Origin: Solirubrobacterales bacterium
GTDB taxonomy: Bacteria; Actinomycetota; Thermoleophilia; Solirubrobacterales; 70-9
Assembly (NCBI GenBank): GCA_033856255.1
Contig: JAWVFH010000010.1
Coordinates: 8,984-72,983 of the forward strand
DNA: 64,000 nt
Direction of reading: 5' to 3'
Shown here in pieces: positions 1 to 9,467 of the stretch (its first letter is position 1; the number at the start of each line of letters is the position of its first letter). Below the pieces are notes generated by a model. That model did no database searches. It was not told where the DNA came from and worked only from the letters and a program-made list of their open reading frames with translations. The position numbers and the translations under genes were made by a program.

Positions 1-1439
1 GCCGGGGCGACGGCGATCCGGAGCGCACCGGCAAGCACTCGGTCGGCGGCCTCCCGGGCGGGCTCCGGCGCGGCGGCGATCTGCTCGGGCGTGTCGGCGG
101 GCGAGCCGAACGCGTCCACGGCCGACAGGTACGCCTCGGCCGAGACGCCCACGTACCCGGTCCCGGCCAGGTCCTCGGACAGCACGAAGCCCGGGTCGGC
201 GGTGTCGCGGGCGATCTCGACCGCGCCCAGGTCGGCCTTGATCAGATCGCTCGTGCCCTCGTAGGAGGCGGACGACTGGCTGAGGAAGGAGATGCTGCTG
301 GCGACCGCCAGCGCGCCCACGGCGCCGGCGAGGGCGAGCGCCGGCGCCCGGACCTCGATCCCGCGCAGGAGCTCGGCGGCGAGCAGGAGGACGAGGATCG
401 CGCCCACGTACTGGTAACGGCTCGAGCTTGGGGCGCGGCCCGGGAACTGGTTGACCGCCGAGAGCAGCCAGAAGGAGAGGGCGATCGCGCCGACGACCCA
501 GAGCCAGCGCGGGACCGAGCCGATCCGGTACAGGCGCCAGCCCGCGAGCGCCACGAACAGCACGGCCAGCGGGCGGCCCCAGTCATAGGCCCCGACCCCG
601 GCTTCGTCGCGCGGCGTCTGCAGGCCGAGCAGCGAGGAGAACGCCGAGCCGATCGCGTCGAAGACGTAGACGGGCGCGTTGGCGAGGTTGTGGGCCGAGA
701 GATGGCTCTCGGCGGTGTGCCCCCAGCCGATCCACCAGAGGCCGTACAGCAGGGCCGGGATGACGACGACGTAGAGCCGGTTCCGCCATCCCGGCGCGGT
801 CCCGATCGCGACCGCGGCCCCGATCATGAACGGGATGCCGACGCTCGAGAAGACGAGCGAGACCACCAGCGCCGCGCAGGCGACCCGGTCGGCGACGGCG
901 GTCTCCCGTTTGAGCGCCAGCAGCATCGCGAGGCCGGCCGCCATGGAGACGAAGTAGCCGATCTGAAACGCCCACAGCAGGTCCTCCCAGGCGGCGCCGA
1001 GGAAGAGGACCAGGATCACCGCGCCGAGCGCCAGCCACTGGTCGACCCGCCCGCGCAGCCAGGCGAACAGCAGCGCGGCGCTGGTCAGGAAGGCGATCGT
1101 GGAGACGACCTGGAACGGGCGCGCGGAGTCCATCCCGAACAGCCCCAGCAACGCCTTGTAGACGAGGATCGGGCCCAGGATCAGATGCTCGTTGTGAGGA
1201 TCGAGAAGCGCGTGCTCGGTGAAGCCGCGGCGGTAGACCAGGAACTCCCAGTCGTCGAGCAGGAAGGTGATGTTGCGGGTCAGGTAGAGCAGGACCGCGG
1301 CGGAGGCGAGGATCGCCGCGGCCAGGAGCAGGACCACGGGCTGATCGAGGAGGCCGAAGATCGCGCGCGCGCCTGGCGCACGCGAGCCCCAGCGCTCGCC
1401 CGTGCGCGACCCCGCCCCCGTTGCACCGGCACTGGACAC
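1..1439 (-). CDS. polytopic integral membrane protein, C-terminus beyond left window edge (candidate GT-C-type glycosyltransferase)
   Basis: Absent from the ORF track because it runs off the edge. Manual translation of the third minus frame from GTG 1439 is uninterrupted and rich in hydrophobic helices (VSSAGATG...ILASAAVLLYLTRNITFLLDDWEFLVYRRG...LYGLWWIGWGHTAESH...). An acidic DDWE motif follows the first helix. The listed ORFs 242..586(-) and 583..2625(-) over this span are Arg/Pro/Gly-rich shadows. Confidence 0.6.
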   Translation of the reverse strand, partial: MSSAGATGAGSRTGERWGSRAPGARAIFGLLDQPVVLLLAAAILASAAVLLYLTRNITFLLDDWEFLVYRRGFTEHALLDPHNEHLILGPILVYKALLGLFGMDSARPFQVVSTIAFLTSAALLFAWLRGRVDQWLALGAVILVLFLGAAWEDLLWAFQIGYFVSMAAGLAMLLALKRETAVADRVACAALVVSLVFSSVGIPFMIGAAVAIGTAPGWRNRLYVVVIPALLYGLWWIGWGHTAESHLSAHNLANAPVYVFDAIGSAFSSLLGLQTPRDEAGVGAYDWGRPLAVLFVALAGWRLYRIGSVPRWLWVVGAIALSFWLLSAVNQFPGRAPSSSRYQYVGAILVLLLAAELLRGIEVRAPALALAGAVGALAVASSISFLSQSSASYEGTSDLIKADLGAVEIARDTADPGFVLSEDLAGTGYVGVSAEAYLSAVDAFGSPADTPEQIAAAPEPAREAADRVLAGALRIAVAP

Positions 1440-1470
1440 CGCGACAATCTAGCCTGCCGTCCGCTTTCCT

Positions 1471-2553
1471 ATGACGATGGGACAGAACGCGATAGTCACC
1501 GGTTCCGGCGGCCTGATCGGCTCCGAGTCCGTGCGCCACCTGGTGGAGCAGGGCTTCGAGGTGATCGGAATCGAGAACGACATGCGCAGCTACTTCTTCG
1601 GGCCCGAGGCCTCGACCTCGCCCGTGACCGAGGAGCTGAAGGCGGCCCACCCCGAGTTTCGCTCCACCGATCTCGACATCCGCGACGCCGAGGGCGTGGA
1701 GCGCCTGTTCGCCGCCCACGCGGGCTCGATCGGGGTCGTCGTCCATACCGCCGCTCAGCCCTCCCACGACTGGGCGGCGAGCGAGCCGCAGACCGACTTC
1801 GGCGTCAACGCCAACGGCACCCTGAACCTGCTCGAGGCGGCCCGCGCCCACTGCCCGGACGCCCCGTTCATCTTCTGCTCGACCAACAAGGTCTACGGCG
1901 ACACGCCCAACCGGCTGCCGCTCGAGGACCTGGAGACGCGGCTCGAGCTGCCCGAATCTCACCCCTACTTCAAGGGCATCGACACGACGATGTCGATCGA
2001 CCTCTCCACCCACTCCCTGTTCGGCGCCTCCAAGGCGGCCGCGGATCTGCTCGTGCAGGAGTACGGGCGCTACTTCGAGATGCCCACGGTCTGCTTTCGC
2101 GGCGGTTGCCTGACCGGCCCCCAGCACGCCGGCGCCAAGCTGCACGGCTTCCTCGCCTACCTGATGAAGTGCGTCGTCACCGGAACGCCCTACACGGTCT
2201 TCGGCTACGAGGGCAAGCAGGTGCGCGACAACATCCACAGCGCCGACCTCGTCGCCGCCTTCGAGGCCTACCGCGGGGCCCCCCGCGCCGCCGCCGTCTA
2301 CAACATCGGCGGCGGCCGCTTCTCGAACTGCTCGATGCTCGAGGCGATCGCCGCCTGCGAGCGGATCGCCGGGCGCGAGCTGAGCTGGGAGATGGGCCCG
2401 GAGCCTCGGATCGGCGACCACCGCTGGTGGATCTCCGACCTGGAGCCGTTCGAGACCGACTACCCGGACTGGTCGCCCCGGTACGGGATCGAGGACATCC
2501 TCACCCAGATGCACGAACAGAACGTCGAGCGCTGGGAGGGCGCGGTCGCCTGA
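1471..2553 (+). CDS. NAD-dependent epimerase/dehydratase family protein (extended SDR, CDP-paratose/tyvelose 2-epimerase-like)
   Basis: ORF track, 360 aa. Rossmann motif [18 protein letters not shown] and xGASKAAAD motifs, ATG start. Confidence 0.9.
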   Translation: MTMGQNAIVTGSGGLIGSESVRHLVEQGFEVIGIENDMRSYFFGPEASTSPVTEELKAAHPEFRSTDLDIRDAEGVERLFAAHAGSIGVVVHTAAQPSHDWAASEPQTDFGVNANGTLNLLEAARAHCPDAPFIFCSTNKVYGDTPNRLPLEDLETRLELPESHPYFKGIDTTMSIDLSTHSLFGASKAAADLLVQEYGRYFEMPTVCFRGGCLTGPQHAGAKLHGFLAYLMKCVVTGTPYTVFGYEGKQVRDNIHSADLVAAFEAYRGAPRAAAVYNIGGGRFSNCSMLEAIAACERIAGRELSWEMGPEPRIGDHRWWISDLEPFETDYPDWSPRYGIEDILTQMHEQNVERWEGAVA

Positions 2554-2600
2554 GGGCCGCCGCCGGCGCTGCGACGGTGCCTCTCGTAACGTAGATCCGG

Positions 2601-3860
2601 ATGCCGCTCGAGGAGATCGTCTCACCGACGCCCGAGGCGCCCGACGCCGAGGTGGCGGCGCGCCCGGCCGCGATCGAGGTCCGCAACGTGACCAAGTCCT
2701 TCGAGATCCCGCTCGAACGCGTGGACTCGATCAAGGAGCGCGTCCTGCACCCCCTCCAAAGCGTCGAGACGCGCCGGCTGGTCGCCCTCTCCGACATCTC
2801 CTTCGACGTCCACCGAGGCGAGTTCTTCGGGATCGTGGGGCGAAACGGGACCGGCAAGTCGACGCTGCTGAAGATCCTCGCCAGCATCTATCGCGCCGAG
2901 GCGGGCACGATCCGGATGGCGGGCCGCGTCGCCCCGTTCATCGAGCTCGGGGTCGGCTTCAACGCCGACCTGACCGCGCGCGAGAACGTCGTCTTGAACG
3001 GCGTCCTCATGGGCCTGCAGCGAGACGACGCCGAGAGCCGGGTCGGGGCCGTGATCGAGTTCGCAGAGCTCGAGGACTTCGCCGACCTGAAGCTGAAGAA
3101 CTACTCCTCGGGGATGCTGGTGCGGCTGGCGTTCTCGATCATGATCCAGTCGGACGCCGACATCCTGCTGATCGACGAGGTGCTGGCGGTCGGCGACGCC
3201 GCCTTCCAGCAGAAGTGCAAGGACGTCTTCCACGAGATCCGCGGCTCCGGGCGCACGGTCGTCCTCGTCACCCACGACATGAGCGCGGTCGAGCAGTACT
3301 GCCACCGGGCGATGCTGCTCGACGGCGGCGACATCGTCTCGATCGGCGACCCCGACGAGGTCGCGCAACGCTACCTGCGGCTCAACTTCGCGAAGCCGAC
3401 CGGCGGCCAGGACGACCACCCGGTGGCCCCGGACGGCGCCGAGATCCTGCTCCTCGATGCCTGGCTGGAGTCGAACGGCGAGCGGACGGCCAACGTCGAG
3501 CAGGGCGACCCGCTCGCCTTCGAGGCGGTGTTCCAGGCCCCGACCGAGATCCCCGGCCCGAGCTTCGGCTTCGTGATCACGAACGCGGAAGCGGTCGAGA
3601 TCGGCGGCTTCAACGTCAACGTCGGGCTCGACGACGCGATCGCCGCCGGCCAGACCGTCCGGGTTCGCGCCGCGATCGAGAACCGCTTCGCTCCCGGCCG
3701 CTACGCGATGCAGTGCTGGGTGCACCGCAACCACTCCTTCGCCGAGCCGCTGCTCGTCTCGCCGCGGATCCTCGACTTCGTCGTCTTCGGCACCGACCAC
3801 ACCGTCGGCCTGGTCAAGATCTCAGACCAGGTCGAGCTGCTGTTCGAGGAGGGCGAGTGA
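2601..3860 (+). CDS. wzt: polysaccharide/O-antigen-type ABC exporter ATP-binding protein (Wzt/TagH-like) with C-terminal extension of about 170 aa
   Basis: Walker A GRNGTGKST, signature YSSGM, Walker B ILLIDE. A long beta-rich tail follows the nucleotide-binding domain. Confidence 0.9.
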   Translation: MPLEEIVSPTPEAPDAEVAARPAAIEVRNVTKSFEIPLERVDSIKERVLHPLQSVETRRLVALSDISFDVHRGEFFGIVGRNGTGKSTLLKILASIYRAEAGTIRMAGRVAPFIELGVGFNADLTARENVVLNGVLMGLQRDDAESRVGAVIEFAELEDFADLKLKNYSSGMLVRLAFSIMIQSDADILLIDEVLAVGDAAFQQKCKDVFHEIRGSGRTVVLVTHDMSAVEQYCHRAMLLDGGDIVSIGDPDEVAQRYLRLNFAKPTGGQDDHPVAPDGAEILLLDAWLESNGERTANVEQGDPLAFEAVFQAPTEIPGPSFGFVITNAEAVEIGGFNVNVGLDDAIAAGQTVRVRAAIENRFAPGRYAMQCWVHRNHSFAEPLLVSPRILDFVVFGTDHTVGLVKISDQVELLFEEGE

Positions 3861-4705
3861 GCGCCTTGCCCGAGGCCCTGGAGCTGCGCGAGGTCCGCGG
3901 CCCGTCGGCGCTCGGCGGCGGCCGGCGGCGGTTCTTGGAGCTGCTCTGGCTGCTGGCCGTGACCGAGTTCAAGCGCACCTACTTCGGCACCGTGCTCGGC
4001 TACTTCTGGTCGCTGCTGCGGCCGCTGCTGCTGTTCGCGGTCCTGCTCTTCGTGTTCACGAAGATCTTCCGCCTCGGCTCCACGGTCCCGAACTATCCCG
4101 TCCTGCTGCTCTTCAACATCGTCCTCTTCGGCTTCTTCCAGGAGTCGACGACGGCCGCCGTCACCTCGGTCGTCGCCCAGGAGGGGATCGTCCGCAAGAC
4201 CCAGTTCCCGCGCCTGGTGATCCCGCTCTCGATCGTGCTCACCGGGCTGATGAACCTCGGTCTCAACCTGGTCGTCGTCTTCATCTTCCTCCTCGCCTAC
4301 GGGGTCGACCCGATGTGGACGTGGCTGCTGCTGCCGGTGATCGTGCTGGCGCTGACGGTGCTGACGACCGCGGTCTCGATGCTGCTCTCGATCCTCTACG
4401 TGCGCTTCCGGGACATGCTGATCATCTGGACGGTCGCCGCGATGATCCTCTTCTACGGGACGCCGCTGCTCTATCCGATCACGGCCGCCCCGGACGGCCT
4501 CAAGGCCCCGATGATGGTCAACCCACTGGCGGTGATCTTCGAGCAGGCACGGGTCTGGATCATCGACCCGAGCGCGCCGAACGCCGCCGAGGCGGCGGGC
4601 AGCCCCTGGCGCCTGATCCCGGCGATCGCGATCTTCGTGGTCGCCTGCGTGCTCGGCTGGCGCGTCTTCAACCGCCAGGCGCCGCGCGTCGCCGAGGCGC
4701 TCTGA
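3857..4705 (+). CDS. wzm: ABC-2 type exporter permease (Wzm-like)
   Basis: This is the real part of ORF 3215..4705. In-frame GTG 3857 overlaps the wzt stop (GTGA). N-terminus EFKRTYFGTVLGYFWSLLRPLL is typical of ABC-2 permeases, followed by about 6 hydrophobic helices. Confidence 0.85.
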   Translation: MSALPEALELREVRGPSALGGGRRRFLELLWLLAVTEFKRTYFGTVLGYFWSLLRPLLLFAVLLFVFTKIFRLGSTVPNYPVLLLFNIVLFGFFQESTTAAVTSVVAQEGIVRKTQFPRLVIPLSIVLTGLMNLGLNLVVVFIFLLAYGVDPMWTWLLLPVIVLALTVLTTAVSMLLSILYVRFRDMLIIWTVAAMILFYGTPLLYPITAAPDGLKAPMMVNPLAVIFEQARVWIIDPSAPNAAEAAGSPWRLIPAIAIFVVACVLGWRVFNRQAPRVAEAL

Positions 4706-4731
4706 GCATTCGTTCCGCATAGATTTACGCT

Positions 4732-5724
4732 GTGAGCGCGACGGAGCTCGCCCACGGCGGCGTCGAACAGGTAGCCGAATTCCGCTTTGCGCACTGGGCG
4801 CTCGTACGGCGCTGCGCCCTCGGCGCCTACTTCGTCGCCCTGGGCGCCTGGAGCGCCCATTACGGGATCCCGACCCAGCGCGAGCTCGTGATCGCCTGGA
4901 CCTGCGGTGCCCTTGCCTGCGCCTCGCTCGGCCGCCACCCGGCCCAGATCCTGCAGCTGCTCCGGGACTGGCTCCCGATCGTGGCGGTGCTCGCGCTTTA
5001 CGACCTGACGCGGGGCGCGGCCGACTCGCTCGGGATCGGCGTCCACGCTCACCCGATGATCGACTTCGACCGCTTCGTCTTCCTCGGCGATACGCCCACC
5101 GAGTGGTTGCAGGCGCACCTCAACGCGCCCGAGGTGATCAACGGCTGGGACGTCGCCTTCACCCTCGTCTACACCTCCTATTTCATCGTCCCCTTCGCGG
5201 TCGCCGGCGTCCTCTGGGCCCGCGACCGGCTCGCCTTCCTGCGCTACACCAAGCGGCTCGTCTCGCTCGCCCTCGCCGGCCTCGCCACGTACATCGCCTT
5301 CCCCGCCGCGCCTCCGTGGATGGCGGCGCAGATGGGACTGCTCGGCGAGGTCCACCGGAGCACGTCGGAGGGTTGGCAGGTGATCGGCGGCGGCACGGCG
5401 GGCCTGTTTTCGGAGGGCCAGGCGGGCGTCAACATGGTCGCCGCCGTCCCCTCGCTGCATTCGGCGATCTCGGCGCTCGTGGCGATGTTCCTCTGGGGCC
5501 GCGGGCGGCCGTGGCTGCGGCCGCTGCTGGCGCTCTATCCGCTGGCGATGGGCCTGACGCTGATCGCGACCGGCGAGCACTACTTCTTCGACGTGCTGCT
5601 GGGGTGGCTCTACGCCGCCGCGGTGATGGCGGCGTGGGCCTGGTGGGAGCGGCGGGCGGGCGGCACCTACCGCCCGGGCGGCTGGCTGAGCAGGTTGACC
5701 GACCCGATCCGCCGCATCGGGTAG
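4732..5724 (+). CDS. PAP2-superfamily membrane protein
   Basis: ORF track, 330 aa, multi-helix. Phosphatase motifs VPSLHS and GEHYFFDVLLG (PSxH ... HxxxD). GTG start. Confidence 0.75.
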   Translation: MSATELAHGGVEQVAEFRFAHWALVRRCALGAYFVALGAWSAHYGIPTQRELVIAWTCGALACASLGRHPAQILQLLRDWLPIVAVLALYDLTRGAADSLGIGVHAHPMIDFDRFVFLGDTPTEWLQAHLNAPEVINGWDVAFTLVYTSYFIVPFAVAGVLWARDRLAFLRYTKRLVSLALAGLATYIAFPAAPPWMAAQMGLLGEVHRSTSEGWQVIGGGTAGLFSEGQAGVNMVAAVPSLHSAISALVAMFLWGRGRPWLRPLLALYPLAMGLTLIATGEHYFFDVLLGWLYAAAVMAAWAWWERRAGGTYRPGGWLSRLTDPIRRIG

Positions 5725-6548
5725 GAGTCGTAGGGGACCTGGCCCCGCCACTGGTTGTGGGCCTCGGCGGAGACGTAGTAGGTCTCGGGGTCGCGCTCCA
5801 TGCGCTCGATCGTCTCAGCGAGCGCGCCGCCGTCGAGGCCCATCGCGGCGACGATCCGCTCCAGACCCTGGCGATGGGAGTCTGCGCCCCAGCCGGCGAG
5901 CACGTGGTCGACGGCGTGCAGCTGGCAGCCGCCCCGCTCGCGCAGGACCTCGTCCGCACCGCCGATCAGCGGATCGATCGCCTCCAGCGGGACGTGCTCG
6001 AGCACCGAGATCGAGTAGACGCAGTCGTAGCCGCCGTCCAGGCCCGCCGCCGGAGGGAAGCGGTCGCGGATCAGGAGCACGTCGGGGTAGGCGGCGGCGA
6101 AGCGCGAGTACTCGCGCGGCCCGTTCCCGCTGCCGTCGTAGGGATCGACGACCGTGACGTCGTAGCCGAGCCGGGAGAGCAGCCCGGCGACGAGGGGCTC
6201 GCCGGCGCCGATCTCGATCAGCCGGGAGCCCGGGGGGACGTCGCCGAGCACCGCCTTCGCCATCCAGCAACGCTGGAGGTTCTTCATGTCGCCGCTCGCG
6301 GAGGCGAGGCCGAGCATGTTCTCGGTCGAGTCGGCGTAGTCGCGAACCGTCCCGTAGGAGATCGGCTCGAGCTCGAAGCGGCCCTGATAGAGGTCGAGCA
6401 GGGGCCACAGCTCGTCGTCGGCGAGCGCCACGGCCGAGCCGTTGGCCCCGGGCACGCCGTTCGACGACGGCGATCCCAAGCGCGACTTCAGCCGCCGGCG
6501 GGCGGCGGCCCGGGCGCGCCTGGCCGTGTTCGTAACCCGTGACGCCAT
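5667..6548 (-). CDS. class I SAM-dependent methyltransferase
   Basis: ORF track, 293 aa. Motif I LIEIGAGEPLVAG and SISVLEHV. ATG lies 1 nt after the stop of the upstream GT4 gene. Confidence 0.8.
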   Translation of the reverse strand: MASRVTNTARRARAAARRRLKSRLGSPSSNGVPGANGSAVALADDELWPLLDLYQGRFELEPISYGTVRDYADSTENMLGLASASGDMKNLQRCWMAKAVLGDVPPGSRLIEIGAGEPLVAGLLSRLGYDVTVVDPYDGSGNGPREYSRFAAAYPDVLLIRDRFPPAAGLDGGYDCVYSISVLEHVPLEAIDPLIGGADEVLRERGGCQLHAVDHVLAGWGADSHRQGLERIVAAMGLDGGALAETIERMERDPETYYVSAEAHNQWRGQVPYDSYPMRRIGSVNLLSQPPGR

Positions 6549-6549
6549 T

Positions 6550-7800
6550 TCAGGCTGGAGAGCCGGCTGCGACGGGAACGATCTCGGCCTCGGCGCCGTC
6601 GAGGCGCGCGGCCCGGTTGAGGAAGTGACCGAGGGCGATCGAATTATCCTTCCAGTTCAGCCGCTCGAGCGCGAAGGCGCGGGCGCCGGCGGCGAGCCGG
6701 GCGCGCAGTTCGCCGTCGTCGAGCAGCCGCTTGACCTGCGCCGCGATTTCGAGCCCGTCGCCCTTGCGGAGCAACAGCGCGTTCTGATCGTCGGTGAGGT
6801 CGTGGCCGATGTTGCAGTCGGGGAGCACGACCGGGCGGCCCATGGCAAGGAACTCCGGCAGCTTCGACGGCAGGCGGTAGCGGTTGAAGTCGTCGGGCTC
6901 GCCCGGCTGCACGAAGGCGTCGGCGAGGGCGAGGTAGCCGGGGATCTCGCGCCAGCCGACGGAGCCGAGGTCGACGACGCCCTCGCGCAGGGCGCCGAGC
7001 GAGCGCGGGTCGACGCCGCCGAGCTCGGTCTCGCCGAGGCGGACGAGGCGGACCGGGCGGCCGCCGCGCTGCAGCAGCTTCACCGCCAGATAGAGGCTCA
7101 GCATCTCGTGCTGGTTGGCGTAGTGGACCGTCCCGTGGTAGACGAGCACGAACTCCTCGGCCCCGATCCCCAGCTGCTCGCGGCTCAGCGGCGGTTCGAG
7201 GTCGGGGCGGAACCGCTCCGTGTCGATCCCCGGGCGCGCGACGTGGTGGGGCCGCCCGGCGAGGTTGAACTCGTTCAGCTCCTCGGTGATCACGGTGATC
7301 CCGGCGGCATCGCGCAGGAAGCCCTCTGACCGCGTCGGGTGGATCAGCGCCGGTGGGGTGATCCTGTCCTGCTCGGCGATCGAGAGGCGGCGGATCTGCT
7401 CGATCGGGCGGCCCACGGCCTCGCCGTACAGGTGCCACTCGTTGTCCTCGAGGTGGACGACGTAGGGGATCCCGAGCCGCCCGGCGAAGCCCTCGGTCGC
7501 GATCCGGACGTTCTCGCGCGGGGTCCAGGCGAGGACGATCGCGGGCTTCGGATCGCGCCGGCAGCTCTCCTGGATCCGCGGCAGGTCGTGGTGGGTGACG
7601 CACTCGAAGTTGGGCTCGCCGACCTCGCGGATCCGCTCCGGGTCGCCGATCCCGGCCAGGGTCACGTCCCAGCCGGCATGGGTGAGGTCGCCGGCGAAGT
7701 GGAAGGCCTGGATCGCGCTGTTGACGTGGAAGGGGCCGAAGTAGACGATCACCAGCCGCATCGGCTGCGGCAACCCCGCGCTCTTGGCCGCGACGCTCAT
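6550..7800 (-). CDS. family 4 (GT-B) glycosyltransferase
   Basis: Protein-like C-terminal 416 aa of ORF 6550..8352 (MSVAAKSAGLPQPMRLVIVYFGPF...). ATG 7800 overlaps the stop of the upstream gene (ATGA). Contains a LPSKLPEFLAMGRPVV sugar-donor region. Confidence 0.8.
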   Translation of the reverse strand: MSVAAKSAGLPQPMRLVIVYFGPFHVNSAIQAFHFAGDLTHAGWDVTLAGIGDPERIREVGEPNFECVTHHDLPRIQESCRRDPKPAIVLAWTPRENVRIATEGFAGRLGIPYVVHLEDNEWHLYGEAVGRPIEQIRRLSIAEQDRITPPALIHPTRSEGFLRDAAGITVITEELNEFNLAGRPHHVARPGIDTERFRPDLEPPLSREQLGIGAEEFVLVYHGTVHYANQHEMLSLYLAVKLLQRGGRPVRLVRLGETELGGVDPRSLGALREGVVDLGSVGWREIPGYLALADAFVQPGEPDDFNRYRLPSKLPEFLAMGRPVVLPDCNIGHDLTDDQNALLLRKGDGLEIAAQVKRLLDDGELRARLAAGARAFALERLNWKDNSIALGHFLNRAARLDGAEAEIVPVAAGSPA

Positions 7801-9467
7801 CCGGCGGGCACGAAGCTTGCCTCCGTGCGCGAGAAGTTGGGATTGAAGAACGGGTCGCCGTCGGCGAGCCGGTCGTACCAGCGGTCGACGAACAGGGCCC
7901 GGTCGACGACGTCGAGGCCCTCCCGCCGCGAGGCCGGCGTCTCGTGGACGACGACCCGCGGGCGGGGCGCGTAGACGACGCCGTGGCCGAGCTCGCGCAG
8001 GCGCTGGCAGAGGTCGTAGTCCTCGAACCCGGTCGCGAAGCTCCCCTCGAAGCGACCCACCTGCTCGAACGCCGCCCGGCGAATGAGCATGAACTCGGCG
8101 CTGATCGCGGAGACGTCGCGAGCGCATACCAGGGACCCGTAGTAACCGTCCGCCGTCGCCTCGACGCCGGCGAGCATCGGCTCGACCGGATGGTCGAGCG
8201 CGATCGCGAACCCGGCCGCCTCGGTGCGCCCGTCCGGCCTGGCGATCAGCGGGCCGGCCGCGGCGACCCCCGGCAGCGACGCGTGCAGGTGCAGGTCGGA
8301 GAGCCAATCGGGCTCGACGATCTCGGCGCGGTCGGAGCAGAAGACCAGCCACTCACCGGTGGCGGCCCCGGCGCCGAGGTTGGCGGCTCGCGACCGGCTG
8401 ACGGCTCCCTCCGCGGCGACGACGCGGACCGGACGCCCGGCCGCCAGCTCGGCCGCCCGGTCGGGGTCGGCGGCGACCACGATCACCTCGGCCGGGACGT
8501 GGGAGCTGACATCGAACAGCGAGCCGAGCAGGCGCTCGAGCCCGTCACCGCCGCGCCAGGCGACCACGACGCTGGCCGTGGCCGCCAGCGCGGCGGGGTC
8601 GATCGTGCGCTGCGGATCGGGCGCCAGCTGCGCCCGGTGGGGGATCGAGGCATGCGGGACGGCGACCGCGTCCACCCCGGTCCGGCGCAGGTGGGCGCTG
8701 ACGGCCTTCGCCTGCAGTTCCGGGACGCCCGACTTCTGCTCGGTCCCCGCGGCGATGCTGCCCGGGATCGCCCGCCAGTGGTAGAGGATCAGCGGGATGT
8801 GGTGGATGCGCTCGGTGAGCTCGGAGACGCGGAGCATGAACTCGAAGTCCTGGATCGTGTCGTAGTCCGAATCGAAGCCGCCGGCGCGGTCGGCGAGCGA
8901 GCGGCGGACGACGAGCAGGTGGCCGATGTACATCGCCCCGAGCGCGTAGGTCGGCGACCAGTCCGGCTTCAGGAATGGGTCGGCCCGGACGCCGTGCGCG
9001 GTCAGCTTGTCCGAGTCGGTGTAGACGACGTCGAGCGCCGGGTCGTCGCCCAGCGCCTGGGCGACGCGGAGCAGCGCGTCGGTCGCCAGCACGTCGTCGT
9101 GATCGAGGAAGGCGACGAACTCGCCCTCGGCCAGCGCCAGCGCCGCGTTCGTGGCCGCCGCGATGCCGGAGTTGCGCTCCAGCCGGGTGACGGCGATCCG
9201 CGGGTCGCGGGCGGCGTGCCGGTCGAGCGCGCGCCGCACGCCGGGCGAGCGCGAGCCGTCGTCGGCGATGCAGAGCTGCCAGGCGGGGTAGCGCTGGCGG
9301 CGCACCGACTCGATCGCCTCGCCGAGCAGCCCGGGGTCGGTCTCGTAGGTGGGCATGACGACGGAGATCAGCGGTCGTGCCGGCAGCGCCTGGACCTCCT
9401 CGAACGCCGCCCGCCGCCGTGCGCGCGCCCCCCCTGTCCACGCGGGCCTGGAGAGCCGGCCCCGCAT
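7797..9467 (-). CDS. two-domain family 2 glycosyltransferase (tandem GT-A)
   Basis: ORF track, 556 aa. First domain: ISVVMPTYE, ADDGS, LDHDD. Second GT-A-like half: VVVAWRGG ... DYDLCQRL. Confidence 0.85.
   Translation of the reverse strand: MRGRLSRPAWTGGARARRRAAFEEVQALPARPLISVVMPTYETDPGLLGEAIESVRRQRYPAWQLCIADDGSRSPGVRRALDRHAARDPRIAVTRLERNSGIAAATNAALALAEGEFVAFLDHDDVLATDALLRVAQALGDDPALDVVYTDSDKLTAHGVRADPFLKPDWSPTYALGAMYIGHLLVVRRSLADRAGGFDSDYDTIQDFEFMLRVSELTERIHHIPLILYHWRAIPGSIAAGTEQKSGVPELQAKAVSAHLRRTGVDAVAVPHASIPHRAQLAPDPQRTIDPAALAATASVVVAWRGGDGLERLLGSLFDVSSHVPAEVIVVAADPDRAAELAAGRPVRVVAAEGAVSRSRAANLGAGAATGEWLVFCSDRAEIVEPDWLSDLHLHASLPGVAAAGPLIARPDGRTEAAGFAIALDHPVEPMLAGVEATADGYYGSLVCARDVSAISAEFMLIRRAAFEQVGRFEGSFATGFEDYDLCQRLRELGHGVVYAPRPRVVVHETPASRREGLDVVDRALFVDRWYDRLADGDPFFNPNFSRTEASFVPAG

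Noticed and set aside
583-2625. Very long ORFs on both strands that overlap real genes, for example 583..2625(-), 690..2594(+), 24257..27001(-), 24760..27048(+), 53591..55423(+), 53661..55421(-), 17171..18712(-) and 17892..19499(-).
   Set aside because: Their translations are dominated by Arg/Gly/Pro/Ala runs with no motifs. They lie antisense or out of frame to ORFs with clear family signatures. This is the expected stop-codon-poor shadow effect of a very GC-rich genome, so they are not called as genes or as overlapping-gene systems.
5667-5724. Convergent coding overlaps: PAP2/methyltransferase (58 nt), 15068..15084 (17 nt) and 58311..58344 (34 nt).
   Set aside because: Overlapping 3' ends are common in compact GC-rich genomes, where stop codons are rare. 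Nothing suggests a regulatory antisense mechanism beyond that.
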